A DNA stretch of 64,000 bases from Ginglymostoma cirratum (Eukaryota). Shown one piece after another: positions 12,903-24,067 of this stretch (positions are counted from its first letter, which is position 1; each line of letters begins with the position of its first letter). The notes under the pieces were generated by a model. The model made no database searches, was not told the origin of the DNA, and worked only from the letters and a program-made list of their open reading frames with translations. The stretch lies in assembly GCA_024137785.1 (NCBI GenBank), contig JAHRHZ010000200.1:1-64000 (forward strand), read 5' to 3'. The translations under genes were made by a program, and so were the position numbers.

Positions 12903-12992
12903 GGCTCGTTGATCTAGGGGTGTGATTCAATCCTTGGGTTTTCTCTGTTGCTGCCATGCGAGAGGTCCTGGGTTCAAATCCCAAACCAGTCC
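12903..12992 (+). tRNA. tRNA-Pro(TGG) pseudogene with 18-nt insertion at 37/38 (12939-12956)
   Basis: GGCTCGTTGATCTAGGGGTGTGATT-CAATC-CT-TGG-G-[TTTTCTCTGTTGCTGCCA]-T-GCGAG-AGGTCCTGGGTTCAAATCCC; B-box intact, 5' anticodon stem broken. Confidence 0.9.
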
Positions 12993-13144
12993 CGGTTTCT
13001 TATGTTCACTTTCACTAAACTATCTAACCAGCTTCCCGAAAATTGAAGCTGGTCTGACATGGTCATGAACACAGCGCAGAGAAACACTTGTACAAAGCGA
13101 AAAAGAGTGTTTGCGGATGTTTGCTCTGCAACCTGAATGATTCT

Positions 13145-13290
13145 GGAGATCGCAAGAACTACAGATGCTGGAGACAGAATCTCTACAGTGTGGAGCTGGA
13201 GGAACACAGCAGGTCAGGCTACAGAGGAGGAGGAGAAGAGTCGAAGGTTTGATCCAAGGCTGATCATCAGAATGAATTCTCCGCTGCCTT
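13145..13290 (-). mobile_element. Short Penelope-derived element, degenerate
   Basis: AGAACTACAGATGCTGGAG...GAGCTGGAGGAACACAGCAGG..., same family as 47680-47805; CTGATGA present on the minus strand. Confidence 0.55.
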
Positions 13291-14027
13291 ATTGTTCAAT
13301 TATGTATGTGTCAAAGTTCAAGAAGCTGGGATGCAAAGTGATTGGAGACAGTGCTGAACAGGTTCGCGTGAATGTTGATGTGTGGGAAGAATGTCAGCAA
13401 GAAAGATAGATTGGAAAGTTGAGATAGTTCTCCTTGGAGAATGGAAAACTGGTCTGATTAAAGCTTTCCAAGTTGTGAGGGGTATGAACAGAAGAAATCA
13501 GGGGGTGAAAATGTTCACAAACCTGTAAAGATCGAGACCGATTAGGCAGAGGTTTAAAGTCATGAGGAAAAGAAGTAAGAATTACATGACAAAGAACGTT
13601 TTTACACAACGACTAAGCGGATCTGTAAATCCCTGTCTGACTGCGACAAATTTGCAGATTCATGCCACACAAAGCGGAATTCGATTTTTCTATGAAAAGT
13701 CACAATATGCAGAGTTACAGGGAGAAGGCAAGAGAATGGTATTAAAACAGGCACTCATGTACTTACTGCGGAGGCCCGGCGCACCCACAGCTTAGGCGAG
13801 CTACATGGCCTCTGCGTTTTGACAAATTTTGTGATTCTGAGTGGAATCACAGCTCGACCAACAGAATGTGGGAACTTAGACAAAGGTAATATTTACACAA
13901 GCGTGACACGTCTAAGCAACAGATTGTTACACAACAACATGAAGATCTTTTGACATCATTCTTCAAGGTACATGGCACACACCAGATGAAAAGCTGAATG
14001 CTTGTTGAAAAAGTCACACGCTTAAAC

Positions 14028-14099
14028 AACAGAGTGGTGTAGCAGGAGCGTGCTAGGCCCATGCTCCAGACATCAAAAATTCGAAACCATTCTCTGCCA
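14028..14099 (+). tRNA. Initiator tRNA-Met(CAT) pseudogene
   Basis: AACAGAGTGGTGTAGCAGGAGCGTGCTAGGCCCATGCTCCAGA...TCGAAACCATTCTCTGCCA aligns to vertebrate iMet with many substitutions. Confidence 0.85.
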
Positions 14100-14420
14100 T
14101 TTCTTGTAGGTGTGTGTTGCTCTGTTCCATACCCTGTGTTTAGATCAGTTTTCCGCTTCCCATAGCCTCATGCGTCTGAAATAGCTGTCTGACATTGATA
14201 CACTGGCCAAGGTTACATGGGGGAGATGACATGCTTGTGAAGGTCTTCTGCTTTTCTCTGTTGTCTGCTCTGAACTGAATTGTAAAACCTCTTATCTGAG
14301 ATGGGAATAAACTGGGGAAGCTGAAACACATCAGGTGCAGTTTTTTTCCATTCCTGGAGGTAATTCCGCACGCCATTTCAGATGTGAATGATAAGAGGAT
14401 CAGCATGTCGGAGATAGCAT

Positions 14421-14715
14421 CGGAAGGCATAGTGGTTCAGCGGTTAGCCCTGCTGCCTCACAGCGCCACAGACCAGGCTTCAATTCTGCCCGTGGGCGAC
14501 TGTCTATGTGGAGTTTGCATATTCTTCCTGCTCCCGGCGGGTGCTCTGGTTTCCTCCCACAGTCCAAAGATGTGCAGGTTACGTGGATTGGCCAGGCTAA
14601 ATTGCACGTTCGGCGATGTGTGGGTTATGGGAGGAATGGGGTTGGGTGGGATGCTGTGAGGTGTGCTGTGGGCTGGTTTGGCAATGGGTCTGTTTACAAA
14701 TTGTAGGGATCCGAT
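14421..14715 (+). mobile_element. HE1-type V-SINE
   Basis: tRNA-derived head (GTGGTTCAGCGGTTAGC...CTGCCTCACAGCGCCA), V-domain GGTTTCCTCCCACAGTCCAAAGATGTGCAGGTTA; TSD TAGCAT at 14415-14420 and 14716-14721; absent from the paralogous module near 17330. Confidence 0.92.
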
Positions 14716-15535
14716 TAGCATTACGGTGCAGACACCACTATTAGGAAGATATATCACCGATACTTAAGAGAAATATAAGAGACAGAGAGTCGCCATGGCT
14801 CAATGGGCTGAATGGCCATGGGTTGATGATGTCACACTCGCAGCCTTTGTGATGGAGCGGGTGAGGGAGAAACAATGACTCATTTTTAACCCTCCCTTCC
14901 GCGTTTTACTGTCTGCAGCCCCACAACTCAGGGACGTTGGGGACGTCTCAGTAATTCAGTGCTTCATTTGGATTCTCTAATGAGGGACTGTTGGTGCCAG
15001 AAATTAACACCTACTCTGGAGGCAGCAAACAAACTGATGCCCGCGTTGCCAAACTTTTCTGCAGCATTGCGGTTTGAAGACGAATTCTGAACATCAAACA
15101 TGCTGCACAAATACAAAGTCGTATTGATTTACCCGAGGGAAGATTCTCATATGTCCGTTTCTTTCCCGCCAGATCTGCATCTTTCTATCCCTCGCATAAC
15201 AAACATTTGAAGAAAATTCAAAAAGTTGATCATTTCCTGCGCATGCTTGTCGATGACACCTCCCACCTTAAATAATTGAGAGGGAGCAGTAGAGCGAATG
15301 GGCTGTGCCCCCTTCCAGCAGTGCCAGCAAGGAGAAAAACAATGGTTTAATATTCCACCAAATGAGAGAACCGCATCCCAGGGGAATGGATAAACAGCAC
15401 CGTCCTGATACCAGGGAGACAAAATGAGAAGACGATGCTCTGGAAACTGTTTGCTGCTTCGAATTCCTGGAGAAACATGGGATGTATTTCATGCTCAGCT
15501 AGTCTCAGCTGGTCCAACAGTGGTCTGCCTGACCT

Positions 15536-15625
15536 GGTTCGTTGGTCTAGGGGTATGACACTTGGTTCGGGTCTTGTGCTGTGTAGCACTGTAAGATGTC
15601 CTGGTTTTAAGTCCTCATGTCTTGT
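15536..15625 (+). tRNA. tRNA-Pro(CGG) pseudogene with 18-nt insertion at 37/38 (15572-15589)
   Basis: GGTTCGTTGGTCTAGGGGTATGACA-CTTGG-TT-CGG-G-[TCTTGTGCTGTGTAGCAC]-T-GTAAG-ATGTCCTGGTTTTAAGTCC. Confidence 0.85.
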
Positions 15626-16339
15626 CTTCAGTTTTACCAAAATGTCCAATCAATTTTATCGAAAATCAGTTTCCTTAAAAAGGGGTCAAACTGCATGATT
15701 TTGGGATGGGGCAGAGGTAGCACTGCAGCAAAGATGGAAAAGGGATACACTTGTTCAAAGAGACAGCGAGATTTTCAGGATGTTCGCGGAAACAATCTGA
15801 CTCTTGATGATTCCTTCAGCTCCCATATTGCTCACTTGTACATGTGAAACTTCAGAAAGCAGTGACGTGAAGTGATTGGAGATATCATGAAACAGGTTCA
15901 TGTGAATGGCAGACAAAGAGGAGACTGGAGGCATTGCATCTGGAGGCATTGAAGGTGTTGGCAGTGCGGAGCATTGTTGGTAGTTCCAAATTTTAAAGGT
16001 TTAAAATGTACCTGTACTTCAGCAATGAAGACTGAATGGAAAGTTGAGACAGTTCTCCTTGGAGAGCAGAAGATTGAAAGTTGGTCTGATTGAAGCTTTC
16101 CAAGTCACGAGGGTTCCAAACAAGGAAATAATGGCGTGAAAATGCTCTCACGCTATGCCTGAAAGGATGAAGAACGATTAGGTAGAGATTTAAAGCCATT
16201 ATAAAAAGAAGCAAAAGTGACATGAGGAAGAACATTTTCACACAAGGAGTGGTTAGGGTTCGTAAATCATTTTCTTACAGTGCCACAGAGGCAGATTCAA
16301 TCGACACAAAACGGTTTTCGTTATGTTAAAAGTAACAAA

Positions 16340-16657
16340 TCACTGAATCCCTACTGTGTGAAAACCGGCCCTTCGGCCCAACAAGTGCATGTCGCAAAAC
16401 AGAGCATCCCACACAGATCCAAGCCCCTATAAAACACCGAATGTACACATCCCTGAATACTATGGGTAATTTTAGCATGGTCAATTCACATAGCCTGCAC
16501 ATCGTTGGACTGTGGGTCGAAACAGGAGCACCCGGAGGACACAGATGCAGACACGTGGAGAATGTGCAAAATCCACACAGTCGCCCGAGAATGGAATCCA
16601 CCCCGGTTCTGGGTGTTGCGAGGCAGCAGAGTGAACGACTGAGCCAGAGTGCCGCCC
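16340..16657 (-). mobile_element. HE1-type V-SINE
   Basis: Reverse complement has head GGGCGGCACTCTGGCTCAGTCG..CTGCCTCGCA, the V-domain and a CR1-like tail (TTGGGCCGAAGGGCC); absent from the paralogous site near 13700. Confidence 0.92.
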
Positions 16658-16973
16658 AAAACGTAATGTTACAGCAAGAAGGCAAAAGAATGATGCTAAC
16701 AGAGACAAGCATTTGCCTATTGTGGAGATGCGGCACAATGAAGGCAGACTGCATCGCCTCCGTCTGTGTTGTGACAAAGTTTGTGATTCTGTGTGAAATC
16801 ATAGATCGACGAAGAGAATGTGGGAACTCAGGCTATGGTCATTTTTACACAGCCGTAACACGTCCGTGCAACAGAACAAAAGTGAAGATCTTTTGACATC
16901 ACACTTGAAGGAACATGCTGCACTCCAGATGAAAAGTTGAATACTTGCCTGAAAAGGATCAGCTAAAGAAACT

Positions 16974-17045
16974 AGCGGAGTAGCGCCGTGGAAGCGTGCT
17001 GGGCCCGTAATCTAGCAGGCGATGGATTGAAACCATCCTCTGCTA
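16974..17045 (+). tRNA. Initiator tRNA-Met pseudogene (anticodon CAT changed to CGT)
   Basis: AGCGGAGTAGCGCCGTGGAAGCGTGCTGGGCCCGTAATCTAG...GATGGATTGAAACCATCCTCTGCTA. Confidence 0.88.
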
Positions 17046-18270
17046 TCTGCTACATGCGTATCTTGCGTTTGGTAGTGCCCTGTATCACGCAGTTTTTAAT
17101 CAGCTTCATGCTCTTGGAATAAATATCTCATAACTCATATTAAAGCACTGCAAAAGTTTACACAAGTGAAGTGACTGTCTTGTAATGGTCTGAATCTTGT
17201 TTTCGGTCGGTAGGCTACAAAACGAATCATGAAGCCTCCTCTCTGAGATGACTTGCAGTGTGTGTTGGTGTCTGGCAGTAATTCCCACGCTGATTCAGAC
17301 GTGAATGACAAAGGGATCCGGATGTCAGAGACAGCATTATGAGGACAAATATCACCGATTGAGAAGAGCCACAGAACGATACAAGCGACAGAGAGTCGCC
17401 GTGCACACGATGGGCGGAACGGCTTCTTTCTGCACGGGAGTGACGCCATGGGTTGATGAAGTCACTCTCCCTGTCTCTGTGACGGAGCAGGTGAGGGAGA
17501 AACAATGGCTCACTATTAATCCCCCCTTCCGCGTTGTACTATCTGCAGCCCCGCAACTCAGGGAAGTTGGGGACGTCTCTCAGTGAGTGAGTGTTTCACT
17601 TAGATTCTCTTAATCTGGGACTGTTGGTGTCAGATATTAACATCTGGCCTGGAGGCAGTAAACGAATGGACGCCCGCATTGCTGAGATGTTTCTTGTAGC
17701 ATTACTGTGTGCAGGCAAATCCTGAAAACCAAACAGACTGCGTATAAAAATCTCATTTTAAGTTGCTGAAGGCACTAATCTCCAGTTTCGTGTTCTCTCT
17801 TTCCCAGCAGCTCTTCAAGCTTCTGCCTGTCTCTGGTAAATGTCATTTGATGAGAGTTCCAAATCGCTGTTTATGATTTGCTGCACAAGCCTGATTCTAC
17901 ACCTTCTGCTCCTTCCCTCTTCCAGTGTTTGAGAAGGAGCTACAGAGCATACACCATCCCCCAGCGCTGCCTGTCCGTGCAGAGAAATGGTTTAATGCAT
18001 CTGCCAATGGACAGAACCCTGTCCCAGGGAACAGACAAGTAGCACCGTCCCGGGAACAGGGAGACAGACCAGGAAGAAGATGTTGATTGCTATTTTAACT
18101 GCCCGAAGCAACTGAGAATAGTATTTTTGTCTAATCAACCTGTTCAGTGATGTCATTACACACGGCTGGAGCAGACAGAACTTAAAATCTGGTCTCTTAA
18201 ATCCGAAATATAAACCATATCACTATTTGAGTGACCTCTGATTTATTGTGAAGTAAGACTTCACTAGGTT

Positions 18271-18355
18271 GGGTCATTGGTCTCGTGGTCTGATTTTCAC
18301 TTCAAGTGAATGTCGAGGGTGCGAGATGTTGCAGGTTTAAATTCTGCATGAGCCC
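18271..18355 (+). tRNA. tRNA-Pro-derived pseudogene with 13-nt insertion at 37/38 (18307-18319)
   Basis: GGGTCATTGGTCTCGTGGTCTGATT-TTCAC-TT-CAA-G-[TGAATGTCGAGGG]-T-GCGAG-ATGTTGCAGGTTTAAATTCTGCATGAGCCC; 72+13 nt. Confidence 0.8.
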
Positions 18356-18477
18356 TTTCTGCCTTTGACATGTTTTCTTTTAAATCTTCGGGAGACCATG
18401 AAAGTGGTTCTTTATGAAATCCATTTCGGTCTATGATCCCAAAGCGTGTTTGCTGTGAATATATCACATGCATCTAC

Positions 18478-18580
18478 TCCACCTGACGAAGAAGCTATGC
18501 TCTGTAACATTGTGATTTCAGATAAACCCTTTGGACTACTACCTGACATCATGTGACTTACGATTTTATATCACACTCAG
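18478..18580 (+). mobile_element. Short Penelope-derived hammerhead element, degenerate
   Basis: CCACCTGACGAAGAAGCTATGCTC...TGTGATTTCAGATAAACCCTTTGGACT; same family as 39905-40030 in the opposite orientation. Confidence 0.5.
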
Positions 18581-20005
18581 AGGAAGAGGAATCAAGTTTT
18601 AAACACCGTCTGCCCATGGTAAACTGGCTTCCTCATAGGTGTTGACAAGCGCTATATAAATGCAAATATGGCTCTTTTAAGTGTCCTTACATTCAATACT
18701 TTGTTTATTGACACTGGTCAGTGGGAAGAATCTATCACTATCGGCTTAACGAAACTGCCCATCCCACCGCTACCCATCCCGAACGTTATTTAGCAGCGCC
18801 AAAATTGTCAGTTGGTAGTTGGAAATATGGAAAGGAAACGAAACAGATAACCCAGTCTCCAGCTTCGTTAATCTTTCTAAACGCTTTGTGAACCAGACTC
18901 TGGGGAGAGTGAAGGATGAAATTTCCGACTGTGCAGGGCCAGCCAATGCAGCTTTCCCTTCTTTAAGATGCTGGGACAGTGACTCTGAGTTACTCGGTGT
19001 CATTACCTGATCCGAAAGGATCCGAATTCAAAGTAAAGTTCAATAATTCAAATAGAATCTCGGCTCTGGAAAAATCACAGATTTGGGAACAGACAGAAAT
19101 CGCAAAGGCTCCATGAGATATGGCCCCAGTTTCAGGAGATCTGGTTCCTGGTAACGCAGATGTCTCAGCAGTGGGGTGGGCGGAGTGGGGAGTGGTGGTT
19201 GGTCAGACTGTTTCCATGTATTCACAACAAACGTCCCAGACTTTATTTTGGAAAAATAAAACTGGCAAAGTACAGTTGTTTTTCTTGTCAAATCACAAAC
19301 TCAATGTGAAATTTCATTGCCAATCCCTAATTAACCTAAGATGGAGGTGATGGGCTAATTTCTTGAACTTCTCGGCAAGTAAGTACAGCAATTATGCCAT
19401 TAGGGAGGGAATTCCAGGATAGAGACCCAGCGACACTGAAGGTGTCTTTCTAACTCAAAATTGTGTGATGCTTGGAGGGGGACATGTGGACAGTCTCATA
19501 TCTCAGCTCACAGTAACGGTTCTCCTGGCCTGGAGAAGTCACTTGCGATCCACCTAAAGCTCCCTTTTGTCAGATAAACTAGTGTCGGCATGGAGAGCGG
19601 ACGCCTAGCACATGGAGCAGGTGTAAACCTGAGGCGTCTGTCCCTGGCGGGGGTCTGTCTTTCTGTCTCCCTGAGTCTTTAAAAATGAAGATGACTTCCT
19701 CAAGGGGTTAGTAAAGCAGTTTTACGATCTCAAACCTCAGTCCCATTTGCTCATTACAAGGATTATCTCATTGACATTTGTCCCTGAAACTTCAGAAGAC
19801 ACAAGGGCATGGACCAAAATGCTGGAAACTGGGACTAGAATAGATGGATGTCTGATGAGCTGCATTGACACGATGGGCTGAATTGTCCTTTACCACGCTG
19901 TAAAAACTCGAGCACTGTGAGAAACTGATAGACTGACAAAATGATCAAGAACAAAAAAAGACAAAAGCAGTATAACTGAGACAAGATACAAGCACTTCGG
20001 GCAAA

Positions 20006-20067
20006 TTCTGTTAATGTCTAGTGGTTCTCTCAATGCTGTGGTCTGTGATTAATTCCCGGTGAAAGAA
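20006..20067 (+). tRNA. Very degenerate tRNA-Glu remnant
   Basis: GTCTAGTGGTT..CTCTCA..ATTCCCGGTGAAAGAA at the module position homologous to the Glu copies at 3211 and 25994. Confidence 0.55.
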
Positions 20068-20169
20068 TTGAAGGTTTTCTCTGCTAATTTATCATGATGA
20101 CAGCATTGCCGAATGATTTTCACAAGCAGGAAAGGAGATGCCAGGTAACCTACCTTGCGCCAAAGGATA

Positions 20170-20401
20170 AAAACCGAAACAACTGCAGAAGCTGTAAATC
20201 AGGAATAAAAACGGAAGTTGCTGGAAAAGCTCAGCAGGTTTGGCAGCATCTGTGAAGCAAAAAAATCAGAGTTGGTGTTTTGGGTTCAGTGACCCTTCCA
20301 GTTCTAAGGAAGGGTCACCGGAACCGAAACGTTAACTCTGATTTTTTCTTCACTGATGCTGCCAGACCTGCTGAGCTTTTCCAGCAACTTCTGTTTCTGT
20401 C
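20170..20401. mobile_element. Fold-back hammerhead-bearing short element
   Basis: Near-perfect palindrome (GAAGTTGCTGGAAAAGCTCAGCAGG...CCTGCTGAGCTTTTCCAGCAACTTC); core CTAAGGAAGGGTCACCGGAACCGAAACGTTAAC; flanks CCAAAGGATA/CTAAACGATA; empty site in sister modules at ~3365 and ~26160. Confidence 0.88.
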
Positions 20402-21319
20402 CTAAACGATATGCACGGTAACATGTAACTCAGAACTGCGGATGCGGGAAATCTGAGATAAAAGCAGGAATTGACGGAGATATCCAGCTGGCCTGATAGC
20501 ATCTGAGGAGAGAAACAGAATCACCGCTTCGGATCCATTACCCGTTCGTCATAATGCCAGGGAAATTATCGCTTTTATATGTTGAATCGGCGTATTTATA
20601 AAATATGTCATTAGTTTCCAACCGTTGACTTCACAACTTTAAAAACAAAAATTATCGGCTCTAATGTTGCTTCCGTCGCCCTGACCTGGTGAAAGTTTTG
20701 GCATGAGAGGTTGCCTCTTTCTTTCCCTTTCAGTCAGTTAGCAGCCATGTCGAATGAAGAATTGGTCCTTTCAGAGTCTACCACAAAATGTCTCTCTATT
20801 TGTCTGTCTTTGTGTATCCAACTTTCACATTTTCTGACTCTAAGTCTGTCCATATCCCTCACTTCCCATTTCTGCTCTTTGAAAAAGTATGAAAGTTGGA
20901 AAGTGTTTGAGAGTGGTGATGCTGAGAGTCGTTTTCCCTCTGGCTGTAGAGTTTAGAAGTGGACCAATGTTCTTCGGATAATGTGTCTGTCACTTCGGTC
21001 AGGAGACATTTTCCCTCAAAATATAATGAGGTGTTAGAGTCCAAAATAGAATGCCTAATCTACTGAAGAAAGCAGACAATGTAACCTGAATTATACAATT
21101 ACAGTGATGTCTTAACTAGTGGTGTAAAGTGAATGTACGGTGCAGCAGGGAATGAGTGATTTGCGCCACAACCTCAACATTCCTCACTCAAGATACTGTT
21201 TCTACTGCATCACGCCGCTCTGCCTACCAAACTGCAAGAAGACTTGTTCAGTTCTACTGATCAACATTACTGTTTAGATCTGAGAGCATGGTAAACAAGG
21301 AATGGTGCACGTAAAACAA

Positions 21320-21394
21320 AGGCACCACTGGAATTTGAACTCAAGATCTGCATGTTTGGTGTACAGGTGAAGTAATCAACTTAGCCATGGCGCT
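21320..21394 (-). tRNA. tRNA-Thr(AGT)-derived pseudogene
   Basis: Reverse complement AGCGCCATGGCTAAGTTGATTA...AGATCTTGAGTTCAAATTCCAGTGGTGCCT matches the Thr-AGT ends; anticodon corrupted. Confidence 0.8.
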
Positions 21395-22853
21395 CCGGAC
21401 AATTCTTTCTGGGCTTTTCCCATCGATACGTGCACTTCTTCAAGCATGCAATGGGTAACTTTTTATTTCTGCGTCAATGTTGCTCAGTGAGAATTTCAAT
21501 CAATCCCCACTTTTGCAAACATGGAGAGTTCACAGCAGAACGTTCTCTACTAAAAATGCATTGAGAGAGACAATCTCCTCTTGCATTGGTTTAAAACTGA
21601 TAATTTCATCTGTTTAAAGTGACAGTAGAAAGAGAATTGCTTCATCCTCTCAGGGCCCGCGTTAATACAAACAGAGGGACTCTCACAAGAGGAGCAGGGT
21701 CATTGCGATGAATGGTTCAACTCATCTGATTCCAGAGCCCTGGCTAGAAACGACCAGAGATTACTCGCTGAATTTGTTCTTGGTGTTGACTCGAAGAGAC
21801 CATGAACGTACATTTCACTGGAGTGGGTCATAAAATTGCGCAGTGACTGTGAATAAAACGATGGTAAGTTCCAGCAGAGAAACAGGTAGCAGAGATACAG
21901 GTTACAGGCGAGCAGGCTTTTGAGGACAAATGCGTTTAGTTTGCCAGTGAAATTCACAGCTTTGCAAACTGGACACCGTTGAAGTAAAGCAGTGACGGCG
22001 ATTATGTTTGCTGATTATTCACCTTGTGAAAGCTTTATCCGCCGATGCCCCTGTTGACATCGCATGTCGACTGGATGAAAAATTAAGCAATATATGTTGG
22101 ACCAGTAGTGTAATAAGTACGGTGTCTGACTTCGGATTGGAAGATTGCAATGTTGTGTATTCCCTCGCTCCAGTGAAGTTAACAGTTTTTGTTCCACCCT
22201 TGCAAGTTGACAGTTGCTTCGAAAGAGGAATGTGTGCCCAACGTTGTTTTGTCAGATAACCATCAATTGAACTGATTGTATCACTGGGTTTGGAAATTGA
22301 AAGTTGCACATAAGCAGCGTGTGAGACAATTTCAGCTCACTGTCCACTTCATAACCCAGCTCATGGCAATGGCTCCCATTGTCTGAAGAACTCGCTAATG
22401 TTCCACGTAAAGCTCCTCTTGTCGGTGAACCTTGTGTGCGGGAACAGAGCGTGGATGTCAAGTAAATGGAACGCATATAGTCCTGAGGCCTCTGTCATTC
22501 TCAGGGGATATGTCTCTGTTTCTCCCTCAGCGGCTTTACATGAAGATATGTTCTTCAAGGGTTTGTTAACACAGCTTTGTCATCACAAACTTCAGTCCCA
22601 TTCATTTATTTCATGGACAGTCTTTTTTGTCCTCGAAAGTTAAGAACACAAAAGTCGGTGGGCCAAAGAGTGGAAACTGAGGCTTGAATAGATGGATCCC
22701 TGAAAACACGCACTGACACGATGGGAAGAATGGTATTTTTCCAAGCTCCGAAAACTCGAAGACATGGATAAACTTATCTGCAGAAAAAAATGAACAAAAC
22801 ATGAAAAGGCAAAAGCAGCGTCAGCTAGAAAAGAAGCATGCCTGCTTCTCCCG

Positions 22854-22925
22854 TTCCTGGAAAAGTCTACTGGTTAAGCTTATGTGCTGTCAACACCACG
22901 GTCCAGGTTCAAATTCTGGTTCGGA
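22854..22925 (+). tRNA. Degenerate tRNA-Glu pseudogene
   Basis: TTCCTGG..AGTCTACTGGTTAAG...CCACGGTCCAGGTTCAAATTCTGGT at the homologous module position. Confidence 0.6.
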
Positions 22926-24002
22926 GTTGCAATTTCATCTCTTCTAGATTTTCCTGACCGAAGCATCGGTGACTGGCTTTTAGAAGCAAGAAAGGTGATG
23001 CAAGGTAACCTGCTTCATCCGAAATGATAGTCAAGCTGACATGTAACAGAGAAATGCGGAATCTGTAACAAAAACATGAATTGACAGATAACCTCAACAG
23101 GTCTGGCAGCATCTGTGGAGGGGAACAACGTTAACATCTCAGATCCACTGACCATTCGTCAGAACCAAGTTGGTTATGCACTTCCATATTATAACAACGG
23201 GGAAATTAGCACTTTCGTCTTTTGAACAGGCACATTTAACGAAATATCTCATTAGTTTCCAACCGTCAACATTACAACTTTAAAAGAACTTTATCTGGGC
23301 TAATGCTTCTTCCATTACCCTGAGGTGCTGAAAAGGTTCTGCATAAATGGTTTAATTTTCCTTTCCTTTTCTGTTAGTTTGCAACCCTGTCGAATGGATA
23401 ATTCTTCCTTTCAGCATCTACTTCGATATGAGCCTCTGTTTGTCTCTTTTTATCTCTGTGTATCCACCTCAGCCCCTTTCACTTTCCCTCTGTACATATC
23501 CCTCACTTCCCATTTCTGCTTTTTGAAAAGTCTGAAATTGGGAGAATGTTTGAGAGTGGAGGTGCTGAGAGGCTTTTACCCCCGCCGACTGTAGAGTCTT
23601 GAACTGGGCTGAATTATTTGGATAATGCATCTGCCCCTTAGGTCCGAGGTAAGGAGACATTTCTTTCCTAAAAATATGATGAGCTGTTAGTCTTCAAAAT
23701 AGAATTCCTAATCTTGCAGCAAAGAAAAAACAAAACCATCATAATCATACAACTGCGATGATGCCTCTCCTCTCGGTGTAAAGTGAATGAATGTTGAAGG
23801 CACAGAATGGGGATGATCGGCTCGTGGTATCTGTGCCAACCCACAACATTCCCCAGCAAGCCTGCAGTTTATCCTGTCTCACCCTGTCATTTCGACCAAA
23901 CTCCAGGAAGGAATGCTCGATACGATCCATCGACATTGCTGATGCGATCAAAAACATTGCATTTGAGGGAAGTTTACACGAGGAATGTTGGATGCAAAGC
24001 GT

Positions 24003-24067
24003 CGATACTGCTGGGATAAGAATCTACGATCTCCTGTTCGCTCGTTAATCAACTGAGCCAAGGCACC
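24003..24067 (-). tRNA. tRNA-Thr remnant with internal deletion
   Basis: Reverse complement GGTGCCTTGGCTCAGTTGATTAA...AACAGGAGATCGTAGATTCTTATCCCAGCAGTATC. Confidence 0.65.

Noticed and set aside
16326-16896. Overlapping 151-158 aa ORFs
   Set aside because: They are chance read-throughs of an HE1 SINE and flanking spacer.
16974-18355. Anticodon-switched tRNAs (iMet body with CGT, Pro body with CAA) as functional recoding tRNAs
   Set aside because: The same copies have broken stems or B-boxes, so neutral decay explains the changes better.
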